Assembly: GCA_943704425.1 (NCBI GenBank)
Contig: CALSCP010001670.1
Coordinates: 86,266-150,265 of the forward strand
Reading direction: 5' to 3'
Source: Ministeria vibrans ATCC 50519
Taxonomy: Eukaryota; Protista; Filasterea
DNA: 64,000 bases
The notes beneath the pieces were generated by a model that saw only the letters and a list, made by a program, of their open reading frames with translations, made no database searches and was not told the origin of the DNA. Below are positions 43,289 through 54,025 of the stretch, piece after piece. The translations under genes and the position numbers were made by a program. Position 1 is the first letter of the stretch. Each line of letters opens with the position of its first letter.

Positions 43289-43787
43289 AAAGTAAACACC
43301 AAACAACACACACACACACACGTAAAGTAAACACCAAACAACACACACACACACACGTAAAGTAAGCACCAAACAACACACAAGGCACCTCGTACCGGGT
43401 CAACATGATCAAGGGGAGTCGAATTGCCCGCCTTCTCCATCTTCTCTGCAAGACAGTATAAAATCATATTATATTAGTATTGAAAAATGAGAGGAAAGAG
43501 AATTGATTTCATCAGTGCACACCAAGCTTCTTCCGACGCGTCTCAGCGAGCTCGCGCAGACGGAAGGCATGAAAGGCCTTGATGGCACACGTGCTGAGGT
43601 CGCGGTTGAACTCTTGGACGTTGTTGTAGAAGACGTTTCCCGACGAGAAGAGCACTTTGGCTTGGCCCTCGCGCACCTCCGTAAAGCCCGCCGGGACTGC
43701 TGCCGCCTCGTCGCCTGTCGCTGCCACGGCGTCCGCTGCAGCTGCACTCTCCACGACCGCCGCCTCTGCTGTACTTTTGTCGCTCAT
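41348..43787 (-). CDS. TRMT1: tRNA (guanine26-N2,N2)-dimethyltransferase (middle in the N-gap)
   Basis: [21 protein letters not shown]; [15 protein letters not shown]; [17 protein letters not shown]; [16 protein letters not shown]. Confidence 0.92.
43207..43385. repeat. (CA)n with three interspersed cgtaaagtaa(a/g)caccaaacaa units, intronic
   Basis: Direct inspection at the gap edge. Confidence 0.9.
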
Positions 43788-43894
43788 TGAGTGAAAAAAA
43801 AATGAGAAGAATTCGTTTGATCTTGGATTTTGACATTGGTCCACCTTTGAATTTTGATCTTTCACTGTCTTCACTCTTCACACATTTCCATAGA

Positions 43895-45736
43895 ATGAGA
43901 AATAAGAGAGCCTCGGAGAGTGTCGAGGAGGAGAGTGATGTTGTGGTGGCGGAGAGCAGAGGAGAAGGACAGAAGAAGCGCGTGAGGACGCTGGCGACGA
44001 CGCAGGCAAACCCGGCGGAACTGCACCTTGCCGCCACGCTGTTTGGAACGGTGGACAAGGCGATTGAAAGGCGCCAGGTTGTTGTGGACACCCCGTTGGA
44101 AGGGATGGACGGCGACGCAGACACGCCACAGGTGAATAAGATTGTGCACATGGTGTTTTTTACGTCGCCCCTCATCCGCTCTATCCTCACAGCTTGGCTT
44201 TGTTGTCGACGGCGTGAGCGGCGGACAGCAAGGCAACCTCGACGGGTCGGCATCGAATGCCTCTGACGACGAGGGCGAGTCGACGCGGGACGACAGCGAC
44301 GAGGACGGGGACGAGGCGAGGCCGGCGTGGCGCGACGACGACGATGCGCAGGAGACAGTGGATGTGAGTACGTCGGCAAGATTGCGCAAGTTGCGTCAAG
44401 ATAAGGACGAAGCCGAGATTGCCGGTGATGATTACGCGCAACGGTTGCGAGGCCAGTTTCAAAAGCGGGCAGGAGGGGCGACAAGCGGCGGCGCGACTCC
44501 CCAATGGGCTCAGCTGCAAGGGGCAGACGCGACTGACGAAGCTATGACGCAAGCGACAGGTGCTACCGCCAGTCTTGGCGACATTTTGATGCGACGTGGA
44601 CAGCCCCTGTTGGCGCAGCGACAAGTGAGCTTGCCTCAGCGCCGACTCGACATTGTACGTCTGGCCAATGCGAACAAGGAGGGTGTGTCGGGCGGCGCCG
44701 TGCGCTGCACCGAGTACCATCCGCACGCACCGGTGCTACTTACGGCCGGCCTGGATAAGACGCTGCGACTTTTTCACGTAGACGGAAAGGAGAATGCGCG
44801 ACTGCAGGCGGTGCACTTTGCCGACCTGCCCATCTACAGCGCACAGTTCACGCCCGACGGTCAGCGCATCTACTTGTCGGGGCGACGACCATTTTTCTAT
44901 GCATACGATCTGGTGACGGGCACAGCGTCGCGTGTGGCCGGTCTGCAGGGTCACGCGACGGTCAAGTCGCTCGAGAGTATGTACATGGGCAGCAACGGTG
45001 AGCTGGTGTTCCTTGGGGGCGACGGCACGCTCGTGATTGTCGACGAGCGCACGCGTCACTGGGTCGCCGACATGAAGATGAATGGGAGTGCGCGTCACGC
45101 GGCGTTTGTCGACGAACACACTCTCGTCTCCGCCGGCACCGACGGCTTTGCGTACGTGTGGGACATGCGGATGCGCCGTTGCAAGCACCGCTTCGTCGAC
45201 CAGGGCGCCCTCAAGTGCACCTCTCTGGCCGCCTCGCCGCGCGCTTCTTACCTTGCCTTTGGGTGAGTGATTTCCCTCACGTCTCTTTTTTTTTTTTGTT
45301 GTCGATTTTTAACCTTCTTTTTGTTGTCTCTAGCGCCGACTCGGGCGTGGTCAATGTGTACCGCACCGAAGATTGTTTGGCCAGCGAGACGCCTGAGCCC
45401 GCCAAGGCCATCATGAACCTCGTCACAGCCGCCACCCACGCCGTCTTTCATCCATCCGAGGAGATTCTTGCCGTTGCCAGTTGGAAGAAGAAGGATGCTC
45501 TCAAAATGGTACGATCGCATTGCCACTCCCACACACACAAAAACCACTCTCACACACTCTCTCTCCCTTAGGTCCACTTGCCATCAATGACCGTCTTTGA
45601 AAACTGGCCCACGTCGCAAACTCCTCTTCACTACGTACACTCTTTGGCCTTCTCGCCCCAGCGTGCCTCTCACTTTGTCGTGGGCAACGACCGTGGCGCC
45701 GCCCTCACTTTCTCTATGAGTCACTTTCTGCAGTAA
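43895..45736 (+). CDS. UTP18: U3 snoRNP WD40 protein UTP18 (4 exons)
   Basis: PAWRDDDD, RLRKLR..GDDYAQRLRGQF, LLTAGLDKTLRLFHVDGKEN, SGRRPFFYAYDL, KAIMNLVT, KKDALKM|VHLPSMTVFENWP. Confidence 0.93.
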
Positions 45737-46697
45737 AGTTTCCAACCAACCGTACTATAATTACTAGTCCTTCTAGAAAGCATGTGAAAAAACAGCATTG
45801 TCGAATGTGGAGTAGCCAGCTAGCCGAGCTAGGCGATACGACGACAATTACAATGATATAATAGTTTATTATTGTTCTTATTAGTGCTGTTCTTCGTATT
45901 TGAGGGTGGAGGTCGCTCTGCCCGCTCAGCAGGCGCCAGCCTGGTGACGGCAAGGCCGCTTGTGTCCCTGACAGGATATGGTGCAACTGTTGTCTATCGT
46001 GCCGCTTGCCTGGCTATCAGCCAACCTGTTTTTTCTCATACTATTGGGGAACTATTGTGTTCGCTTCATTGAAAGGGAAAATTGGAAACGTGAAAGTTGA
46101 ATCATTGAATGTTTGAGACTTGAGTTTTAATTCTTCTTATACGTATTCCTCTCTTATCCCTTCCAACCCGACGCACCCTCTCCCGCGTCATCCCTCCCTT
46201 CCTCCTTTTTTTTTTTTTTTTTTTTNNNNNNNNNCCCCCCAGCGCGCCTGGCTTCTCGGCGAATTCTCGGCCGAATCTCGGCCTTGGCATTTGCCTTGAG
46301 ACAGCGACCCCGCGAGTCGACGAGCGGAGGACAGAGGGCGAAGCGCTTGGCGCAAAGGTACTGCGCCTTGCGAGGCGCGATGATGGCTCTCCGATGGCTC
46401 TCAGATCCATTGATGGGTCGCGAACGCTCTCGATACAAAATAGAAAGAAAGAAGAAGCAGAAACTGAACTACGGAGTATACAGAATTGGGAGTTGGATCG
46501 TCCAACATACGAAAGATATCATCGAGTAAGACGAGAAGACTTAGACGACTCAGACGAGACAAGACCAGACAGACGGGTATTCCTTTGAAGCATTCGAGAG
46601 GTGAACTCACAGAGAATCAACTTCCATTTTTGTGATATGATCGACTGCGATAAGTGCGATCGCTCACCTTCACTTTTTTTTCTCGCTTCCACGCGCA

Positions 46698-49098
46698 ATG
46701 CCCTTCGCCCGCCACCCTACAGTAAATAAAGTCGTGGCTTATACAAGCGGAGATGGTGTGGTGCTGTTTCAAGAGGATCAGGCGGGGCATGAAGAGATTG
46801 ATGATCCGCTGGTGGTCTTTTTTGATAAGCATATCGAAGTGCTGTCCATCGCCCTCACTCCAGATGAGCAGTCGCTCGTCACCGGTTCATCTGACCCAAG
46901 AATAAGAGTGTGGGCAACAAGTACAGGATCGTCTCCCCGTCAAATTGAAACAGGGGATTATTCTAACTACACCAGGTAGCGAAATCAACGAAACATCAAC
47001 TACGAAACATCAGTCAATCCGAAGTTTATCCACCATCACAGTCATATTCGCTGCCTCTCGCTATCCCCCAACGGAAAGCGTGTTGTTGCATGCTTGCACA
47101 ACAGGGCGGTGTGTTGGTCATTCTCAAAAGCGTCGTACGACTTTGACGTGCAAATTTCGACAAAGTAAGCGGTGTAGCTTAATGAGCAGCAGCTGTCTTA
47201 CTCTTCTACTGCAGCATCCTCACCTCGTGCGACTTCTCATCAAATGGAAAACTCATTGTCACTAGTTCACAACAAGAGAGTTTGGTGAACATTTTGGACG
47301 CAACTTCGGGAGATTACGTGAACAGATTTAAATGTGGTTGTCTGTAAGACTTCTCATTAAAATTTAACCTCCCTTCAGCCAGGCACATTGATTGTTAATC
47401 TTCTTAGTGGTATTACCTCTGTGCGATTCTCACGCGATTGCCGCCAAGTTGTGATCGGTTCAGTTGACAAAACTGTTAGATTGTGGGATGTTGCGCAGGG
47501 AACTTGCCTCAAGACTTTTGCGGGTCATCAAGAGTACGCAAATGCAACTCAAGCAAACTCATTCTCATTTATGTATACCCATGGTAGCGCTGTGTTATGT
47601 GTTGACATAGCACCCGATGGGTTGACTGTAGTTAGTGGCTCAAAGGATTGCACAATGAAACTCTGGTCTGTTCAGACTGGGCAGTGCATTGCGACATTCA
47701 ATGCGTTCAAAAAGTAAGAAGGGACGGAATTTTTCACTCTCCTTACTTTCTCAAAATAGAGAGGTCACCTGCGTGAAGTTCACACCAAGTGGACAAAAAG
47801 TTATCAGTGGATCGGGCGACAGCAAGTTGAAAGTGTGGTGTGTTGAAAGCAGAGCGTGCGAGCGCACTTTCACCCACAACGGGTGAGTAACAGCACAAAT
47901 GATAAACCGCTCTAAAAGTTATTTATTTTCTTTTTTCCGCAGCCTGATCAAATCCATCGCAGTTTCTCGCAGCGGTCAGACTCTGTACAGCTGTTCATCC
48001 GACAAAACGATTTGCAGATGGTCCTGTGCAAAAGGCACACGCATTGACAAATTCCCCGGCTCATGTCTCTCGTACGATCGCAAGAGGAAAAATACAGCCT
48101 TAATACGCACTCTCACTGACTGTGTTTACAGCTCCCCCGTCAAACTCGAATTCAGTCCCGACGGACAGACTCTGTTGATTCATGATGTCACTCATACCGT
48201 TGAAGAGTGGTCTGTCGCGAACGCTCTTAAGCCGTACGCCTGCAAGAAGATGTTCCTTAAATTGACACAGATTCCTTAGATTTCTCGCGACACCACCTCC
48301 ACCAGAAGTTGTTCCGACCATTGTCACGTTACAACACAGTAAGGCATATATATATAGTTTTGTTTTTTAACTTCAGTTTCCCTTACAGCAACTGAGACAC
48401 AGAGTGACGGTGTCTCTGAAGGGGAGAGTGACGGTGTCTCTGAAGCGGAGAGTGACGGTGTCTCTGAAGGGGAGAGTGACGGTGTCTCTGAAGCGGAGAG
48501 TGACGGTGTCTCTGAAGGGGGGGGTGACGGTGCCTCTGAAGGTGAGAGTGACGGTGTCTCTGAAGGGGAGAGTGACGGTGTCTCTGAAGGGGAGGGTGAC
48601 GGTGTCTCTGAAGGGGAGAGTGACGGTGTCTCTGAAGGGGAGGGTGACGGTGTCTCTGAAGGGGAGAGTGACGGTGTCTCTGAAGGGGAGAGTGACGGTG
48701 TCTCTGAAGGGGAGGGTGACGGTGTCTCTGAAGGGGAGAGTGACGGTGTCTCTGAAGCGGAGAGTGAGTTCAACATTGACGACTTGGCGCTGACCTATCT
48801 AAAGACCATTGCGGCGAACACCGCTCTATTTGCAAACCATCAGCCAAACCACGCGTCGGCAGAGCCTCCCAAGTTTGTCATGCTGAAAGTGGCGCGCCAT
48901 GGCACGCGCGACTTTGAAGCTCTGCAACTCCCGGCGAACGCAACCTGTGCCGACTGTTTGACTTTGGTGGGAATGGCGCTTGAATTGGAAGAGCACGAGC
49001 GCGTAACGAAAGTGGTTGATGAGTCGGATGTGATGGTGCCTCTCCCGGCGTATGCACATGTGCATTCGGGAAAGAATCTGTTTGCAAAGATAAAATAA
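46698..49098 (+). CDS. WD40-repeat protein with an acidic (SDGVSEGE)15 tandem repeat and a C-terminal beta-grasp-like domain
   Basis: WD motifs LVTGSSDPRIRVW, VIGSVDKTVRLWD, VVSGSKDCTMKLWS and ISGSGDSKLKVW. Short GT-AG introns (e.g. 46976-47041) keep the frame. The last exon from 48389 runs through the repeat into the 48784-49098 ORF. Confidence 0.8.
48403..48762 (+). repeat. 24-bp coding tandem repeat x15 (agtgacggtgtctctgaaggggag)
   Basis: 360 bp / 24 = 15 near-identical units. Confidence 0.97.
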
Positions 49099-49194
49099 GT
49101 CCCGTATTGAATGTGCCGAATAAAGTAGTGGGGAGTGAGATTTTAAAGTCTATACAATAACAACAATACAAAAATACTATGAAGTACAAGGCGG

Positions 49195-51285
49195 TCATGG
49201 CAAGTTGGAGTGACTCTTGTACGCGGAACCAAAGCGGCGCTGCTTGGCACGGTCGGCAAGGGCGTTCACGCGCGACGCATCGGCATGTTCCACTGCGCGG
49301 AAGACACGCGCCAGAGACGCAAGCACTTTGATGTCCGTGTCGGACAGGTCGCGACGGCCCAGGTTGGAAGCGACGGCACGAAACAACTCAGACATGCCCA
49401 GCACGCGAGCACTCTTAAAAGACCACAGGATGGACGCGATGGCTTCAAGTGAGACGCGCGCAACACCACGCCGCAGCAGCTCTTTCTGAGTCAGTGTGAG
49501 CAGCTCAAAGCCTGGCGTGCGTGCCTCTGCAGCACCCGTCTTGCGATACAAGTCGGAAATGAGATGGCCGCCGGTGGCTGCGTTGACCAGCGCATCGTCT
49601 GAGGCGCGCGCAAACTCATTGGGTTTCAACTCAAAGCGCTGCACAAGTCGCACAAGCCCAACGTGACCGTGAGCTGCGTAACCTTGGTAGATCCGTCGCT
49701 TGTGACGTGCGCTGGGGGGCTCCATGGTGGGAGCCAGTAGCAGCGGCAGGCACAGGTCGAGGACTGTCGCTGCCGCGACCGCCTCGTGCCTCGTGTACGC
49801 AATCACAAGGTCCGCAATGTGCACGCTTGAGAGCATGCTGAGGTCACCGAGGAGCGGCATTTCGTCGGCGACAATGCCGAGAACCCGAGACACGGTGGGC
49901 GCAATGAGCAGCTCGGGCGCAACGTGCTCACGCACACCCCGTTCAAGATGCATTGCAAAGGAGACGACGAGCCACACGAGGGAGCGCGCGTCAAGGGACG
50001 CTAGGAAGGTGGTGGTGAAGCGCGACGCAAAATGGCCAAGGATGCGCGACGACGTCTCATATGTGTGGGGAGTGTGCAGGGGTGCCTTGGCATATGCAAA
50101 CAGTACGCTGACCAGCTCGGTTGGGCTGAACTGTCGCTCGCACAGACCCTCCTCAAAAAGTTCTAGCACGGCCGGAAGATACTCGTGCTCGGTGCGTGCA
50201 TAGCCCGAGACGATGTTGGCGACGTCCTGTGTGTTGTAGGCGCTGGGAGGGCGCACGACGATGGTCTTGCACAGCGTGCCCAAGATGGCAGTGGCCGATG
50301 CGTCCCAACTGCGCGAGTAGGAGAATACCAGCGACGCCAGGTAGGACTCGTCAAAGTCGTCGACGCCACGTCGATTCAACTCTTTTGTGACAATGTTGCG
50401 CACTGCCGGCGTTGATGGGTGGCGAGCATTGACGTAGCCCCACAGCGAAAAGGTGAGCAATTGCGGTGACATGAGCGATGCAGAGAGAGACTGGAACCCG
50501 TCCAAGAGGCGTGTCAGCATCTCTTCGGTACATGGATGGTCCAGCTTGGCGTAAGCGTGGATGGCAGACCCGAGCGAGCTGGGAGTGAGTTGCGCCAAGT
50601 GGGCGCCGTTGTTGCCGAGCAGGATTGTCGTGACGCGCTCGATAAGAAGACAGCGCTGTTCTTGTTTGGGCGCAAGAGTGCAAATGTGAGCAAGCGACAC
50701 GAGCGAGCTGGTATCGGCTGAGTCGAGTCGCTTGCTTGCCAGGATGTGGGCGAGCGTTTTGTTGAGGGCCGTCAGGTGCTGTGGGATGCGCGATTGCCCT
50801 CGAGCAAACTGGTACGCACACTTGACCATCGTGTGCGTTGTGAGCGCTTCGACCTCGTCTGCGGGCGCCGCAATGATCTGGTCGGCGAGCAGGTCGATGG
50901 AGACGGCGAGAGAGGGCACGCGGGCGACGCTCAAGGCGCGGACAAAGGGCATGAGGAAGTGAACGCGCGCGGCGACGGACGCGCCGGGGTCGAACAGGCG
51001 CAGATGCCCGGCGTGCGCAAGCTCAGCAAGGCGCTCAAGGCGGTGGCCGGCGCTGGTCAAGGCCGGCAGGGCGTTGTAGCTCTCGCTGACAAACGCGTGC
51101 AGCTGCGCCGGCGTCATGTCGCGCACGGCTCGCGCTGCGTCGTCCTCGTTCAGATAGCGCGTGAGCTGCTCCGACTGCGCCCCGGCCGGCCCCGCCCGCC
51201 CCGCCGACAGTGCTCGCACGACATTGTCAATGCGCCGGCCTCGCGCGCCCGCAATCAAGGGCCGTGCGACCAGACGCAAAAGCAT
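49195..51285 (-). CDS. Intronless helical-repeat (OPR/HPR/FASTK-like) protein with a mitochondrial-type presequence
   Basis: Arg-rich N-terminus MLLRLVARPLIAGARGRR. Repeats of about 36-38 aa: LTPSSLGSAIHAYAKL, MSPQLLTFSLWGY, FDESYLASLVFSYS, YNTQDVANIVSGYA, FSPTELVSVLFAYAK. Confidence 0.7.
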   Translation of the reverse strand: MLLRLVARPLIAGARGRRIDNVVRALSAGRAGPAGAQSEQLTRYLNEDDAARAVRDMTPAQLHAFVSESYNALPALTSAGHRLERLAELAHAGHLRLFDPGASVAARVHFLMPFVRALSVARVPSLAVSIDLLADQIIAAPADEVEALTTHTMVKCAYQFARGQSRIPQHLTALNKTLAHILASKRLDSADTSSLVSLAHICTLAPKQEQRCLLIERVTTILLGNNGAHLAQLTPSSLGSAIHAYAKLDHPCTEEMLTRLLDGFQSLSASLMSPQLLTFSLWGYVNARHPSTPAVRNIVTKELNRRGVDDFDESYLASLVFSYSRSWDASATAILGTLCKTIVVRPPSAYNTQDVANIVSGYARTEHEYLPAVLELFEEGLCERQFSPTELVSVLFAYAKAPLHTPHTYETSSRILGHFASRFTTTFLASLDARSLVWLVVSFAMHLERGVREHVAPELLIAPTVSRVLGIVADEMPLLGDLSMLSSVHIADLVIAYTRHEAVAAATVLDLCLPLLLAPTMEPPSARHKRRIYQGYAAHGHVGLVRLVQRFELKPNEFARASDDALVNAATGGHLISDLYRKTGAAEARTPGFELLTLTQKELLRRGVARVSLEAIASILWSFKSARVLGMSELFRAVASNLGRRDLSDTDIKVLASLARVFRAVEHADASRVNALADRAKQRRFGSAYKSHSNLP

Positions 51286-51545
51286 TCGAGCAAAATAATT
51301 ATGACTCTTATTATTAAAACGAAAATAATTATTATATGATCGAATAATAATAATCATGTAACAGTGGGTGTATGGGCCTCTTTCGAGACATTCTCGTGAC
51401 ATCTGGAAGTTGAGGTATTGTGCTGCTCGTAGCTTTGTATAATGTCTTGTTGCACATCTCTCTATTTTCTCTATTGATTACATTTTCTAAATCTGATAAT
51501 ATTCTCATTCCTCAAAATCAAAAAAGTACTCAAACTTATTCACAC

Positions 51546-52688
51546 ATGCCGCAAACACACATCCTCCACCACAAAAGCTGGCATGTGTGGAACCGGGACA
51601 ATATTGAACGAGTGAAGCGCGACGAGGCGCAAGCTGCTGAAGAAGAGAAAGTGCGCAAACGTCAGGCGGACGAGGCGCAAAGGGAAGCGCGCATCACTCT
51701 GCTGCGCGAGCGGGCTGCTGCTCGACGCCCTCCCTCCGCATCCGCACCAGCAAGCGAGGCGGCGACGTCGTCGTCGTCGTCTGCCGCCTCCGCAGCCGCC
51801 GAAGGGCCGTCGTTGCGTCCGCAAGCGCCGCTTAATGAGCCGTCGGGGCACGTTGAACTTTTCGTCAAGGACGACAAACTTGTGAGACGTGGAGGCAACG
51901 TCGAGCATGAGCGCGAGGAAAAGAGGCGCCAAGACGACTGGGAAAGACGCGTGGGTCTGCTGCAGAGCTTGGACCTGTCAAAGCGCGAGCCCAAGCGCTT
52001 TTACGAGAAGCGCTCCGAACTGTGGCACGACAAGCTGCACCCGACGACAACACCGTCGTCACACGACACCAAGGAGGTGGGCCCTAGTGCGCCACGGACA
52101 GGCCCGCGACTTGTGCGTGGCGACGAAGGCATTGTGTGGGGCGGTGCCAATGCCGAGGCAGAGGCAGAAGCGGCACGACAGCGACGTCGCAGGCACGGCC
52201 GAACCGTCGACGAAGGCACCAACGAAATCGACCCGCTTGCCGTCATTCAGAAGATGACAAAGCGAACAGAAGCGCATCAGCGTGGGAAGGATGCTAGAAG
52301 GAGTGCGGCCGTGCGTAGCCGTGATGCGAGCAAGAGAGATCAATATGAGGCGCCGGATCGCGCGGGGAAGAGAATACGACGCGAGGAGGAGGACGAATCT
52401 TCTCGGGTGGAGAAGAGGCATCGACGAGAGGAGGAACAAGACGCGGAGGCGAAGAGAAAAAAGAAGAAGAAGAACAAGGAGAGGGAGAAGGAGAGGAAGA
52501 GCGACAAGGAGGAGAGTGCCGTTGAGCGACTCCGAGCGGAGCGACTGGCTCGCGAGTCCGCTGAGCAGCAGCGTCAGCGGCAAGTGCTTTTGCATCGCAC
52601 AACAGCACCCGCCGCGCCACAAACATATGATCCAAGCGAGTATTCTCAACGATATCATCCTGAGTTTGCCCGTGCCCGACGACGCTAG
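51546..52688 (+). CDS. LENG1: Cir_N-domain splicing-associated protein (LENG1-like), intronless
   Basis: HILHHKSWHVWNRDNIERVKRDEA (Cir_N), GHVELF, DPL, LRAERLARE..E, YSQRYHPEFAR. Confidence 0.8.
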   Translation: MPQTHILHHKSWHVWNRDNIERVKRDEAQAAEEEKVRKRQADEAQREARITLLRERAAARRPPSASAPASEAATSSSSSAASAAAEGPSLRPQAPLNEPSGHVELFVKDDKLVRRGGNVEHEREEKRRQDDWERRVGLLQSLDLSKREPKRFYEKRSELWHDKLHPTTTPSSHDTKEVGPSAPRTGPRLVRGDEGIVWGGANAEAEAEAARQRRRRHGRTVDEGTNEIDPLAVIQKMTKRTEAHQRGKDARRSAAVRSRDASKRDQYEAPDRAGKRIRREEEDESSRVEKRHRREEEQDAEAKRKKKKKNKEREKERKSDKEESAVERLRAERLARESAEQQRQRQVLLHRTTAPAAPQTYDPSEYSQRYHPEFARARRR

Positions 52689-52788
52689 TGATTGAAGCCT
52701 TGTAGAAAATAATATTACTCAACTCAATTCTCTATTAATTACAATAATTAATTTTATTACAATAATAAATATTATTCATTAATTCGTC

Positions 52789-53554
<766 letters not shown>

Positions 53555-54025
53555 GCGACTGGATTGTGTTGGTCCAGACGCCGACTGGACTGGAATGCTG
53601 CGCTACTCATCACAGTGGTGCGCTCGAGCCTAACCTCTCAATGCGTAATCTATCAATCTTATTCGAACTGTATTCATTTGGCGTTTGTGTTTGTTTTGGA
53701 AATGTGAATAAGACGACCTTCCCAATGAAAGTGGCGTATAAAGACATGCTTGAGCAAAAACGTAGCGAACATCCCAATTTGTGTCTGGATTGGCGACTGT
53801 GATTGTGTGGCGAATATGTTGTATCATTGTCAAAAATCAAACGACAATCGTGCTGCTCAGTAGGGCTCACAGCTGCTGATCGAGATTCAAACACACATCC
53901 GACTTTGTTGTCAGTCGCATATTGTGCAGTTTGACGGTTTTCGTCAACCCTTTGCGATCAGTCGATTTGTGCCTCTTCTGTCATCTCCAAAAATTCATTC
54001 TGATCAGAAATTTTTCGAACAAGGG

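Noticed and set aside
39171-43467. Long ORFs containing X runs
   Set aside because: Artefacts of N-gaps and (CA)n repeats.
46977-46979. In-frame TAG in the WD40 gene suggesting readthrough or a recoded stop
   Set aside because: Removed by a 66-nt GT-AG intron (46976-47041); other genes use TAA, TAG and TGA as normal stops.
48324-48793. (SETPSLSP)n and (RVTVSLKG)n ORFs
   Set aside because: Alternative frames of the 24-bp repeat; splice phase supports SDGVSEGE.
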